From: Histomonas meleagridis 2922-C6/04-290x | Lineage: Eukaryota; Protista; Parabasalia | Direction of reading: 5' to 3' | NCBI GenBank assembly: GCA_020184695.1 | Contig: JAANOX010000085.1 | Span: 1-64,000, forward strand | DNA length: 64,000 nt | Part shown: in pieces, positions 22,181 to 32,745 of the stretch | How the letters are laid out: each line of letters starts with the position of its first letter | Numbering within the stretch: position 1 is the first letter of the stretch | The notes under the pieces: generated by a model | The model's database searches: none | Told to the model about the DNA's origin: nothing | Seen by the model: only the letters and a program-made list of their open reading frames with translations | Position numbers and translations under genes: made by a program

Positions 22181-22789
22181 GAGCCTAAATTTTAGCTACG
22201 GTTATAAACGGCGTTGATTAATTCAATAGCATCACTTCATGTTCAAGAAGCAATTGAACAAGACGCTGTCAACCAAATAGACGGTCGTTACAAATCAGAA
22301 AATCAATTTTTTTTCATTTTCCACTGAACTAAATTTAAAGAAACATTAATAAATAAGTATATCATATTCAATAAAATTATTCTAACCAAATTTTGTTATT
22401 TTATTTTTTTTTTCTGAGAAATCTCTAAAATTTCAAAAGGATTTTTTGGGCTTTAGAATTAAAAACAGAACTGTTTAAATTCAAAATATATATAGAACTA
22501 ATAATAGTTAATCTTGATTTATATAATTTTTTTTAGTTTTCATTCTGTTTTTAAGTTATACAAGGTTTTAATATCTATAGACCAGAGCAAAAATTCAAAA
22601 ATCTGTCTTTGCAATTTTTTAAAATTTATATGTTCTAAAGCATAAATAGGAAAATTCTTGAAACATTTTATTCATTATTGGAGGCTCTGGACAAAGAAGA
22701 AAAAATAACTTTTTGAATTCATGGATCCATTAAGATTCGTTCCGATATTCACAAAAAACAAAAATAATTTCGTTTTCGTAAAGATAATG

Positions 22790-23060
22790 AAAAATATCAT
22801 TTCGATTTTGTTCACATAAATGAATGATTTCTTCATTACCTCCTGTAACTACATATTTACCTGTATTTTTTACATTAGTTAGTAAATTTTTAAAACATTG
22901 AACTGATTCAACAAATGCTGCATAATTAATTCATGAAACATTTATAAATGGGTTAATAAAATCACATCATTCATAAAGTGATAGTTCAATTAATAAATTA
23001 AAATCAAGTTTTTTTTCCTTGAAGTTTTCTTCAAAAAGTTTTTTCATTTCATTCTTTTGA
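22790..23060 (-). pseudogene. Decayed fragment of the DUF3447-type ankyrin gene family
   Basis: DNA match to 620-800, e.g. GATTTTGTTCACATAAATGAATGATTTCTTCATT, CATATTTACCTGT and TTTAAAACATTGAACTGAT, with indels and stops. Confidence 0.75.
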
Positions 23061-23385
23061 AATTGAATAAAATATGGATTTCATTGAGTTTTAAGAAAAA
23101 TGTTCCAAGTAATTTCAATAAATGATCATTCGATCAAGAATATAATTCGTTCCATTTGTATTTTTCATAAAAAATAATATGTAAACATACATAAAGAATT
23201 GTGTTTTGAATTTTATTATTCTTTTCATGAAATTCAAGTCCTTCAAGAAATATCAAATATATGACAATCGATTTCATTCGTTGCTCAAATGAAGAAATTA
23301 TCATTTGACTTATACAAAGTTAGTTATTATTAAATTATAAGAAAATGAATATTTTTTATTAATTATTATGTTTACCGTATGTGTA

Positions 23386-23410
<25 letters not shown>
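23386..23410. repeat. (TA)n microsatellite
   Basis: About 12 TA units. Confidence 0.9.
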
Positions 23411-23416
<6 letters not shown>

Positions 23417-23529
23417 TATTTTTGCTAATTAATGAAAGTTCTTCCAATTTATTATCATAAAAATTTCAACTTCAAGACTGATGTCAGAAACATAAACCTA
23501 TGAAAAATTCAATCAATAACCGTGTTTTA

Positions 23530-23549
23530 AACGGTTTGGCCTTTCCTTT
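23530..23549 (+). promoter_or_regulatory. M3-like (AACGGTT) plus two M5-like (CCTTT) elements
   Basis: AACGGTTTGGCCTTTCCTTTGCCCAAATG directly before the RPS20 ATG. Confidence 0.6.
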
Positions 23550-23555
23550 GCCCAA

Positions 23556-23918
23556 ATGAGCATACCAACAGGAGATGAAAAGAAAGAAGTTTCAACAGTT
23601 CAGAACACTCAGCGCATTCGCTTAACAATTACATCTTCAAAACTTCCAAACCTCCAAAAAGTTTGCAATAATTTAGTTCAAAAACTTAAGGCTGAACATC
23701 TTAAGGTTCGTGGACCAATCCCAATGCCACGTCGTCGCTTAAGAATTACCACACGTCGAGCTCCATGTGGTAATGGTACTGAAACATATGATCATTTAGA
23801 ACTTCGTATTTATAAACGTGTTATTGACTTCGTTGGAACACCAGCTGCTGTTAAACAAGTCACACAAATTGGACTTGAGCCAGAAGTTCATGTTGAAGTT
23901 TCAGTTATCACTGAGTAA
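23556..23918 (+). CDS. RPS20: 40S ribosomal protein S20 (uS10)
   Basis: RIRLTITS, VRGPIPMP, ITTRRAPCGNGTETYDHLELRIYKRVID. Confidence 0.97.
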   Translation: MSIPTGDEKKEVSTVQNTQRIRLTITSSKLPNLQKVCNNLVQKLKAEHLKVRGPIPMPRRRLRITTRRAPCGNGTETYDHLELRIYKRVIDFVGTPAAVKQVTQIGLEPEVHVEVSVITE

Positions 23919-24073
23919 ATACTCGTAATATGAATTTTTTCATTTTTGCTAATTTTTTGTAACTTTTAGTTCAAGCAAATAATTTTTAAGCTGTAATAAA
24001 TTAGGATTGTGTTTAAATGAAATAACAAATTTTTTGATTTCTGACCTATGAATATGTGTAAGACCCATTTCAT

Positions 24074-24628
24074 TTACGGATGTGTAAATAAACGAGATGC
24101 AATATCATTAACAAGCCAAGAAATTCCATTTTCTACACCAGTGTTTGTTGCTGCTGAACATGGAACAATTGACCAATGTCTCCTTTCGATTCTGTCTAAG
24201 TCAAGAGCATCGCGGATTTCCTCTGATTTCATTGCTCCGGCAATATCTTGTTTATTGGCGAAAACAAGAAGTGATGCATTTGCCAAACGTTCTTGTTGGA
24301 GAATTGAATCAAGCTCATCCTTACATAATGAGATTCTCTCACGATCTGTTGAATCAACAACCCATACGACTCCGTCTGTTGATTCAAAATAATTTCTCCA
24401 ATATGCACGAATTGTGGATTGACCCCCAACATCCCAACAACTTAGTCTATATCCTTGACATTCAACTGTTTTTATTTCGAAACCAAGAGTAGGTGAAAGA
24501 TCATCAATTGATTCACCCATAAATGCTTTAATAACAGATGACTTACCTGCATTATCTAGACCAAGAAAAAGGATTCTCATTTCTTTTTCTTTTAATTTAA
24601 GTTTACGGAGGAAATGGAGAAGACCCAT
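24074..24628 (-). CDS. ARL2: ADP-ribosylation factor-like GTPase 2
   Basis: GLDNAGKS, PTLGFEIKT, WDVGGQ, YWRNYFESTDG, ANKQD, CSA; KEKEMRIL N-terminus typical of ARL2. Confidence 0.93.
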   Translation of the reverse strand: MGLLHFLRKLKLKEKEMRILFLGLDNAGKSSVIKAFMGESIDDLSPTLGFEIKTVECQGYRLSCWDVGGQSTIRAYWRNYFESTDGVVWVVDSTDRERISLCKDELDSILQQERLANASLLVFANKQDIAGAMKSEEIRDALDLDRIERRHWSIVPCSAATNTGVENGISWLVNDIASRLFTHP

Positions 24629-24685
24629 TTACTTGATTAATTAATAAACGCACGCCCCATAAACATTGAGAAGGTCTGTTTAGAA

Positions 24686-25807
24686 ATGAGGCGCTCGATT
24701 TTTTCGAAGCCAATGCCTTCATTAAAAAAACGACCAATACAGTATCCACAATGGAAACCTCCGAAGCGCCAAAAGCCAAAACCAAATATGTATCGATTAA
24801 CCGCAACAGATTTTGGTGTATCATTGAAACCATCTATAAAAGCAGTTTCATTTACACAATATGAAGAAGAACTCACATATCGTCTTGTTACAAACGACGG
24901 AACAGATCAAGCATTGATTTGGCTCACGATGGCTCGGAACATATTTCATCATGAGTTATCACAAATGCCTGAAAATTACATATCAAAACTTGTTTTCAAC
25001 AAATACCACAAAACTGTTGTTTTAATTTCAAATGGGAGAGTCCTTGGTGGTATTTGTTTTCGACCATTTCAATCATTAAATTTTGCAGAAATTGCTTTTT
25101 GTGCGGTATCATCAACACAACAAATTCGTGGTCTTGGTGGGCATTTAATGGCACAAGTAAAAATGTATCTTCAGGCGTTACAAATTCTCAATATTTTAAC
25201 ATATGCTGATAACTCTGCTGTTGGGTATTTTAAAAAGCAAGGGTTTACTTTAAACATTAATTTAAATCCATCTATATGGACTAAATGCATTAAAGATTAC
25301 ATGGGTGCAACATTAATCCATTGTAAAATCTCTCCGATTGTTGACTATCTTCACATAAATGTCATTGCTGATTGTCAAAAAAAGCTTGCTTCCCTTCTTA
25401 TGCCCGACGTAGAACTTATTTATGTTAATTCATGGCCAGTTCATTCCATCAAAGGAATCACCATCGAAAATGCGCCACAACTTAACATCATTGATCAAAT
25501 GAGACTTATTGTACAGAAGACAAAAGAGCATTCAAGATCATGGCCATTTCGAAAACCTGTTTCGAAAAGCGAAGCTCCAAATTATACTGACATTATAAAG
25601 ACGCCAATGGACTTATCATTACTTGAAAGGAATGTTAATGATGGAAAATATACATCACTGAAACAATTCGAACATGACATGAGGCTTATTTTCTCGAATT
25701 GTTATAAGTTCAATGGTCCAGAAAGCGTGTACACAAAGAGCGCAAGAGAATTAGAAAAGTATGTAAATGAACTGTTTTCAAAAAGCTCAACTATACACAG
25801 ACATTAA
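24686..25807 (+). CDS. GCN5: GCN5-type histone acetyltransferase (GNAT plus bromodomain)
   Basis: GGICFRPF, FAEIAFCAV, QIRGLG, LTYADNSAVGYFKKQGF; bromodomain SWPFRKPV...PMDL...NCYKFN. Confidence 0.93.
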   Translation: MRRSIFSKPMPSLKKRPIQYPQWKPPKRQKPKPNMYRLTATDFGVSLKPSIKAVSFTQYEEELTYRLVTNDGTDQALIWLTMARNIFHHELSQMPENYISKLVFNKYHKTVVLISNGRVLGGICFRPFQSLNFAEIAFCAVSSTQQIRGLGGHLMAQVKMYLQALQILNILTYADNSAVGYFKKQGFTLNINLNPSIWTKCIKDYMGATLIHCKISPIVDYLHINVIADCQKKLASLLMPDVELIYVNSWPVHSIKGITIENAPQLNIIDQMRLIVQKTKEHSRSWPFRKPVSKSEAPNYTDIIKTPMDLSLLERNVNDGKYTSLKQFEHDMRLIFSNCYKFNGPESVYTKSARELEKYVNELFSKSSTIHRH

Positions 25808-26095
25808 TTGTTTTTGTTTAACAAATAAAGTGTTTTTGATTGTTGTATATTTTTTAAAATTTTTTTAAATATAAAAGATATGTAATTATTTATATGCTAT
25901 TTTTCATATTTGAGTTTTAATTTTGGAATATTCATTTGTATGTTTGCTAATTAAATTCATGTTATTTTCAGACAAGACAAGATGATGTAAAGGAAAGACG
26001 ATAAAAAATTTATTTGCCTGAAAAATATGCCCACTTTTCAAACGAGATTGTGTGCAAAAAATAATCGTCTTGAAATTTACTTTTTGTTAGCAATT

Positions 26096-26122
26096 GCCAC
26101 TTTTTGATACACAAAAAGTGGC
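26096..26122. promoter_or_regulatory. Perfect 11-bp inverted repeat GCCACTTTTTG-n5-CAAAAAGTGGC
   Basis: Seen directly in the intergenic region upstream of Rab GDI; same core motif as at 12011-12038. Confidence 0.5.
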
Positions 26123-26327
26123 TGATTATTAATTATTTTCTATTTTTCTCAATCAATAAAAGTTAAAAATGTTTAAAACTTAAATATAAAATCAAGTTCG
26201 AGAACTTTAATCTAATTACAATGTTGAAACATCTAAAAGTAACTTCGAACAAGATATTTTTTTATTTCGAATCCATTATAATAACCGTTAAGCGCCAATG
26301 AATTTTGAAATAAATTATACGGTCGTT

Positions 26328-26333
26328 TCACTT
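26328..26333 (+). promoter_or_regulatory. Initiator (Inr) element TCACTT
   Basis: Matches the trichomonad TCAYT Inr consensus, 5 nt before the Rab GDI ATG. Confidence 0.6.
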
Positions 26334-26338
26334 CGAAA

Positions 26339-27661
26339 ATGGAAGGTGATAACTATGATGTCATCGCATGCGGAACAGGTTTCAAGGAATGCCTTCTCAG
26401 TGGCCTTCTCTCTGTTGCTAGGAAGAAGGTTTTACACGTCGATCGTAACGATTTCTATGGAGCTGATTGTGCCTCATTAAACATCACACAATTCTTCCAA
26501 AAGTTCTTCCACAAGGACCCACCAGCAGAACTCGGACCAAACCGTGATTGGAATATCGATCTTATTCCAAAGTTCATCATGGCCGACGGTCTTCTTGTTA
26601 AGGTTTTAATCCACACAAAGGTTAATGATTCCCTTAACTTCCAACTTATCGCTGGTTCATATGTTTATAAGAACAAGAAAGTTGATAAGGTTCCATCAAC
26701 ATCTGCAGAAGCATTCTCTACTTCTCTTGTTGGTCTCTTAGAAAAGCGTCGTCTTGCATCATTCCTTGAACAAGTTACCAACATCTATGATAACCCAAGT
26801 GATCCCAAACACGCCAAAGTCAAGACAATGACAGCACAAGAATTCATGAAGTCATATGGCCTTGATCCATCCACAATGACATTCATTGGTCACGCCATGT
26901 GTCTTGAACCAGATGATCAATACCTTAAGCGCTCAGCTAACGAACTTATTGACAAGATGGCCCTTTATGGTAACTCCATCTCCAAGTTCAAGAACCAAAA
27001 CTCACCATACTTATACCCAATGTACGGTCTCGGTGATCTTCCACAAGCCTTTGCTCGTCTTTGCGCAGTTTGGGGTGGTACATACATGCTTAACACACCA
27101 GTTGATAACATCATCATTGAGAATGGCAGAGCAGTCGGTATTGAATCCAATGGAAAGAAGGCTTATGCTCCAGTCATCATTGGTGATCCATCATACTTCG
27201 CCAAAATCCCAGGAAAGACAAAGACTGAAGGCAGGATTGTTCGTGCCATCTGTCTTCTTAACCAACCAATCAAATGCCTTGGCAGCAAGAACAAGGTTGA
27301 TTCTGCAAACATCATCATCCCACAAACTGAAGTTGGCCGTAAGCATGATATCTATGTATGCTTCACCTCATACCAACAACGCGTTTGCCCACAAGGTTGG
27401 TACGTCGCTCTTGTTTCTACAACTGTCGAAACAGATAAGCCAGAAGCTGAATTGAAGCCAGGTCTTGACCTCCTTGGTAAGATCGCATACCAAGCTGTCG
27501 AAGTTCAAGATGTATACATCCCACAAATCCCAGGTAGCCAAGATGGAATGTACTGCAGCTCTTCATATGACCCAACAACACACTTCGAAACCACAATTGC
27601 TGAAGTCCTTGACTTATACGAACAAATCATGGGCAAGCCGGTTAATTTCGATGAAGACTAA
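26339..27661 (+). CDS. GDI: Rab GDP-dissociation inhibitor
   Basis: YDVIACGTGFKECLLSGLLS, DRNDFYG, WNIDLIPKFIMADG, SPYLYPMYGLGDLPQAFARLCAVWGGTYML. Confidence 0.97.
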   Translation: MEGDNYDVIACGTGFKECLLSGLLSVARKKVLHVDRNDFYGADCASLNITQFFQKFFHKDPPAELGPNRDWNIDLIPKFIMADGLLVKVLIHTKVNDSLNFQLIAGSYVYKNKKVDKVPSTSAEAFSTSLVGLLEKRRLASFLEQVTNIYDNPSDPKHAKVKTMTAQEFMKSYGLDPSTMTFIGHAMCLEPDDQYLKRSANELIDKMALYGNSISKFKNQNSPYLYPMYGLGDLPQAFARLCAVWGGTYMLNTPVDNIIIENGRAVGIESNGKKAYAPVIIGDPSYFAKIPGKTKTEGRIVRAICLLNQPIKCLGSKNKVDSANIIIPQTEVGRKHDIYVCFTSYQQRVCPQGWYVALVSTTVETDKPEAELKPGLDLLGKIAYQAVEVQDVYIPQIPGSQDGMYCSSSYDPTTHFETTIAEVLDLYEQIMGKPVNFDED

Positions 27662-27870
27662 ATCTTAACTGATTTGGAATTTCTGCTTTTTGAATTGATT
27701 TTTATCGTTTATATATTTTGGTGAATAAATTAACGTTCTCAATGTTTCTCAAACACTTTCAATTTTTGAATACGAATCCGATTATTTTTCATTCATTTGA
27801 CTCTATCGTTGGAATGTGCCGCTGGATTTTTGATTGGATGATAAAAAATAAAAGTTTTACAAATAAAAAG

Positions 27871-28236
27871 CTAGAGACGAGTTACTGTTAGGCCACGTTG
27901 CAGGAGTTCATTTTCCCATTGTTTCTTTTCTTCCTCTATTAATTTTGCTAACCGAGCACGTCGTTCAGCAACTAATTCAAGTCTGGCAATCCTAACTTCT
28001 TCTTGCGTTCTTTTAATGTTACGACGAACTTCAGCATTATGTACATAACTATTATGAGCTTCTCTAAATCGTGTTTCATTTTCTCTTATTTGTGCTGCCC
28101 TTATTTGCGCGGTGGCTTGTGCTCTCATTTCGTTTTGATTGATTAAGGACTGGATGTTAGAAGGGTTTCCTGTTCTATTTCTTCTCATTTTTTTTGCTAA
28201 AATTAACGTACGTTTTAAATAAAACAGCGGTTTCAT
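27871..28236 (-). CDS. Small coiled-coil protein, CFAP141-like (possible axonemal protein)
   Basis: C-terminus RRARLAKLIEEEKKQWENELLQRGL resembles CFAP141-type microtubule inner proteins by recall. Alternative start at ATG 28188. Confidence 0.45.
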   Translation of the reverse strand: MKPLFYLKRTLILAKKMRRNRTGNPSNIQSLINQNEMRAQATAQIRAAQIRENETRFREAHNSYVHNAEVRRNIKRTQEEVRIARLELVAERRARLAKLIEEEKKQWENELLQRGLTVTRL

Positions 28237-28293
28237 TCGTATTCAAAAAGTGGATTCGATTTGACAGATTAAATAAAAAGTGGCTTCAATCCC

Positions 28294-28908
28294 ATGTCAA
28301 GGAGAAGTTCGAGAAACCTATCAAGCATATCTCGCAAATCATCTTCTTCATCAGTCAATGAATTACTACGATCATCTTCAATAATTGAATTATCTGATAA
28401 AATTTCCTATGATCCTATTTTTTATTTCCAAAAGTATCTCAATGCATTTATTCAAGAACCACGTGAGCTTGTTGTCCTTAGGCAATCCGTTTCAAAATCC
28501 TCATCACTCACAATTAAGCCTACTCAAATACAATATTTTCCTCAAGATCAAACTGTAAGAATTAAGCAAGAAGGCGGTGACAGATCGTACCAAATTAATA
28601 CCTTCGATAAAATAGAGTGGGGTGAAGTTCCTGGTCCTTCAGGTAATATGAAATTTATCAATATATCAATTAAAGGTGATCGTAATCCTCTAATTCTTCA
28701 TGGTCCTTCAGAAAGTATGGAATTCTGGTATGATGCACTTCAAGTTCTCCATAATAAAAATGCTCAACCAAGTACGCCATCGTCATTATCAAGAATGGAA
28801 ATCTTCACTAAAGCCACAGAGATTTCCAAAATACCTCCAAGCTCCAACTACACTATTCCTCCTCCACCACCAAACCTCAAATTCACCTGTGAATTCCCAC
28901 CAGAGTAA
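28294..28908 (+). CDS. PH-like domain protein with ELMO-like C-terminus
   Basis: Beta-rich core ending in FWYDALQVL (PH-domain C-terminal helix Trp) and a Pro-rich tail (IPPPPPNLKF). Confidence 0.5.
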   Translation: MSRRSSRNLSSISRKSSSSSVNELLRSSSIIELSDKISYDPIFYFQKYLNAFIQEPRELVVLRQSVSKSSSLTIKPTQIQYFPQDQTVRIKQEGGDRSYQINTFDKIEWGEVPGPSGNMKFINISIKGDRNPLILHGPSESMEFWYDALQVLHNKNAQPSTPSSLSRMEIFTKATEISKIPPSSNYTIPPPPPNLKFTCEFPPE

Positions 28909-29244
28909 AATTTTGGTATTGCGTTAAAAATTTTAATTTTGTTTTTGATTAGCCAAATCAATAATTAAAATAAAATCACATCAACGTGTTGTTATGCATG
29001 TAAGAAGAAAAAATTTTATTTCATATCATCAGCCATAAACATAGAATTCTAGCAATTGTTAGATGTAAAAATACAAGAATATGTTTGATACATTTGTTTA
29101 AATGTGGGCTAAGAGATTATTTGTCATAAAATTCTTCAAAATATAATCAGATTTTATCAATGTGCATTGAGCCATTTTAAGTTTCTTATTTTATATTTAC
29201 ACAATACCATTTTAATATATTTAATAAATTTTTAATTTATTGTT

Positions 29245-30132
29245 TTAATCACATTTGGACAAGAAGAATTCTCCATGATCAGATCCGGATTTCCATGTTC
29301 CTGAAATTAGGATAGATCCATCATTTGAATATTCACCAATGAAATAGAACGGGCTATCCAATGAAAATCCTTGTCTAATGATAACAACTCTTTGTGTACC
29401 ATCAATCCTCACTCCATAAACATCATTCGTGTTATCGTTTTCTGTGCAGGTGCCCGTTATGAAGCCGTTACTGAGTACCTCCAACCGCACATCAAGTTCG
29501 CGCTGCGAGTTCCCTCGCGCGTAGAACGCAAGGTACTTGCCAGTAAAGATGGGGTCTGCCCAGAGCTTCTCACCTTGGTCCTGGCTGGTGTTGAGAACAA
29601 TTCTGGAGTTGGATGATGATACATCAATTTGATATGTACTATCAATTTTGTCAAAACGTCCACTGAGAATTTCTATCCCTTCTTCATCATTGTATTTGCA
29701 AAGAGTGATGTTGTGTGTCTTAGGTTGAATGTTAGCTTTGATGAGATGATACAGATTATCAGTAAAAAGATAATAGCCATAAGCAACAGTTCGATCAATC
29801 TTAAGATAAACTCGAATGGAAACGTTTTGTGAGTTGGGTAATTCTATGTTACCATCGAAATAACCGGAAATTTTGACATCTATTGGTTCGAGTATTAGAT
29901 TACTATCACCTGATTGAGATGGCACATATCTTTGAATTTGATCTGGCATTAGTTTGGAAATACGTTGGAGTTTTGCATTTTTACCAACTGTTGATGGAAA
30001 TGATCGAATGCTTCTTGGAGGAATAACCTCGATTCTTTGTGATTTTTTGTCGCCCCTTACTTCACATGAATACCAATCAGAAGTAGGGTTATAAACGTAT
30101 GTTTTATTTTCTGGAATTATGAGAGATGACAT
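29245..30132 (-). CDS. Hypothetical beta-rich protein
   Basis: 295-aa ATG-initiated ORF; C-terminal half has Gly/aromatic beta-strand pattern (FITGTC, FYFIGEY, ISGTWKS). Confidence 0.75.
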   Translation of the reverse strand: MSSLIIPENKTYVYNPTSDWYSCEVRGDKKSQRIEVIPPRSIRSFPSTVGKNAKLQRISKLMPDQIQRYVPSQSGDSNLILEPIDVKISGYFDGNIELPNSQNVSIRVYLKIDRTVAYGYYLFTDNLYHLIKANIQPKTHNITLCKYNDEEGIEILSGRFDKIDSTYQIDVSSSNSRIVLNTSQDQGEKLWADPIFTGKYLAFYARGNSQRELDVRLEVLSNGFITGTCTENDNTNDVYGVRIDGTQRVVIIRQGFSLDSPFYFIGEYSNDGSILISGTWKSGSDHGEFFLSKCD

Positions 30133-30281
30133 TTAACTAAATTTTTGTAATTAATTTTTTATCTTGCCACTTTTGTAAACGGTCTATAAACACTTTTTTT
30201 GGGTGTTTATTAAATTAACGTTAATTTTTTCCGAATTTTTGACCCGTTTTGTATCGTTACCAGAACGTTGGTCAATCCCCG

Positions 30282-31505
30282 ATGAGAAAAAAAAGCTCTG
30301 AAGAAATCATACATTTTTTTATTGGCGGTGTTGGTTTTGTATATGCTGTCGCCTTAGTGTGTTGTATGATAAATAGCCTCTTATTCGATGATGAGAATAA
30401 ATATTCTCAATTAAAGTACGGTGTTAATAACTCTATTCATCATATAGCAGTCTGCATTGCAGTTTTCTCCCTTGCAGCTTTTATATTTACAGTAATTGCA
30501 ATCCTTCTATTTGTTGCAGAATCACAACGTTACATGTTAACAATTTTCATGATAATATCAATGCTCACATCTCTTGGCCTAATACTCACCCAAATCATAG
30601 GGCTTTCACGTACAACGTATGGAAATGCTATTGTTACTTCACAATATAATTATTATGATACTGATGATACTTTTCGCGACTATGTTGATACTTATTTCGA
30701 AGTTGGTAACGCCACTTTAGAACTTCCACCCAACAATTCCACTTTACAAGTTAATTCTTCTCTATTTGTTGATTTTTACATTACATACAAATACTATCAA
30801 AACTCATCATATCACACTGGCACTGTTCCCTCCTGTAATTTCACCTTCCCTAACACCTCTATTTTCAATAGTAGTAATCCATGTGATTATGATTTTTCTG
30901 GCGTTATTGGAAACTGCATTGGCTTTTGGAATCCGACACGATTCCAAAGCTATTGGTGTACAGTTTCTAATGAGCAATCCACCCTTAATGCTAGTTTGAC
31001 AGACTATAGCCTTGTTGAGGACATAGCCAAGGAAAACCGTAAGAAGACCGGAATTGCATCTTACTCTGTTTTCTATGGCCTCAATGTCATGCTTCTCAGC
31101 ATTGAGTGCATCACATATTTCTTCATTATAGTTCTTATTCTTTTAAGTTTGTTTTTAGAGAATAACAGTAATGTACCTAAAACAAATCCAAAGAATAAAA
31201 AGAATGTAAATAATAACAATAATAAAGAAAAAGAAGAAAAGAAGAAAGAAGAGCCAAAGAAAGAAGAGAAAATCGAAGTAAAGAATAACAAAGATAAAGA
31301 AAAAGAAAAAGAAGACACAACAAGTGACGATGACGAAGATTCAGTACAAAAAGAGTCGTCGTCAACAATTGGATTATATGAAGAAGAAGAAGAAGAAGAA
31401 GAAGAAGTGTATGAAGTAGAAGAGGAAATCGAAGAAGAAATAGAAGAAGAAACATCTGAGGAATCAAGCGAATCATCAAGTAGCAGTAGCTCATCTAATG
31501 AATAG
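30282..31505 (+). CDS. Four-TM membrane protein with tetraspanin-like topology and acidic tail
   Basis: Three N-terminal hydrophobic helices, a large loop with several Cys and many N-x-S/T sequons, a fourth helix, then a K/E/S-rich tail. ATG at 30282. Confidence 0.7.
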   Translation: MRKKSSEEIIHFFIGGVGFVYAVALVCCMINSLLFDDENKYSQLKYGVNNSIHHIAVCIAVFSLAAFIFTVIAILLFVAESQRYMLTIFMIISMLTSLGLILTQIIGLSRTTYGNAIVTSQYNYYDTDDTFRDYVDTYFEVGNATLELPPNNSTLQVNSSLFVDFYITYKYYQNSSYHTGTVPSCNFTFPNTSIFNSSNPCDYDFSGVIGNCIGFWNPTRFQSYWCTVSNEQSTLNASLTDYSLVEDIAKENRKKTGIASYSVFYGLNVMLLSIECITYFFIIVLILLSLFLENNSNVPKTNPKNKKNVNNNNNKEKEEKKKEEPKKEEKIEVKNNKDKEKEKEDTTSDDDEDSVQKESSSTIGLYEEEEEEEEEVYEVEEEIEEEIEEETSEESSESSSSSSSSNE

Positions 31506-31569
31506 AAATATATAAAACTAAGATAAATGTGTAAAATGGATTTTTAATTGTGATTAAATAAATCGTTGA

Positions 31570-32480
31570 AGAAACAATATGGTTATTTGTATTTTCATTA
31601 ATCATTTGCTTTTACATTACGGGGAGAAACGGACTATGACGGACTACCTGATGTATGTGCTGTTTGAATAATCGTTGTGTTTTTATGTGTAGTTAAATAA
31701 TAATGTGGATTACTTACTTCTGAATATCCATCAAATCACCATCTATATGATTCATCCCTTGCAAATTTTGCAATAGATTAATCAGATAATTCATTTAGCT
31801 CAGCCCAAACATCACTAAGAGCTTCATTTGAGGCTGTATGTGTTTATTTTATTGATTAAACATGTGGTGAAAGTAACACGAATGATCAGTAACTCATGAA
31901 ATTTCATTATAATATTGTTCCAAAGTAGTACTAAGTGTGCCTGAAAAACAACAACCAGAAACAGTACATGATTCTGAACCAATTTGAATTCCAAATTTAT
32001 ATGCATTTTGTCCCTAACCAAGAGAGTTCCTCCCACAAACAATAACATCATTACCAAATATAACACAATAACCAAAATCAATATTTTGTGAAACATATCG
32101 AATTTCACTATTTGGCTGGTAATAAGGTAACCTCCTTCAGTTCAAGTTTTATAGATCGATGAAAGAGGAAGTGCGCTACTCTCATGTTCATTGTGCACAA
32201 AATGAAGATTAGAACCTACAAGTGGATACACATTAAGTACTCTGACTGAGTATGTCGTTGTAATAATATCAAATAAACTGGTTTTCAATTTAATCAATTT
32301 CTTCGTAAACAATATGTGCTAAATCTTGATTGAAATTCTGTACAATTCAGGTAAACATATTTATTTTTATATCTTACTTCAAGGTTCATTTCATCTAGAT
32401 GATATTCTTTTAATTTTTGAACATCCATTTGGCATTATAAATAATTTTTGATGAAGCATTTGTAATTCTTTTTTCAGAGA
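31570..32480 (-). pseudogene. Possible decayed gene of unknown family
   Basis: Codon-like stretches in shifting frames with scattered stops (e.g. DVQKLKEYHLDEMNLEVRYKNKYVYLNC; GIQIGSESCTVSGCCFSG). No family recognised. Confidence 0.25.
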
Positions 32481-32745
32481 AAGCTAAAACATTTAGTGAG
32501 AATTATCTCTATCAACTATAGTTGTATATAATAACTTATCTATATCGATCTTATTGATATAAATTAAGATAGTTCGTGGTTTGTTGTCCATTTATGAATG
32601 TTCTCTATTTCGAATTTTTCCGGAAAGTTAGCCGTTTCTCTCTTTGACTATCCAATAATTTGCACTAGCTAAGACAGATTTACAGACATTGACTTCAGCC
32701 ATAAATTTTACATCGAATAACAAAATAATTAATGAAAAAATTGAT

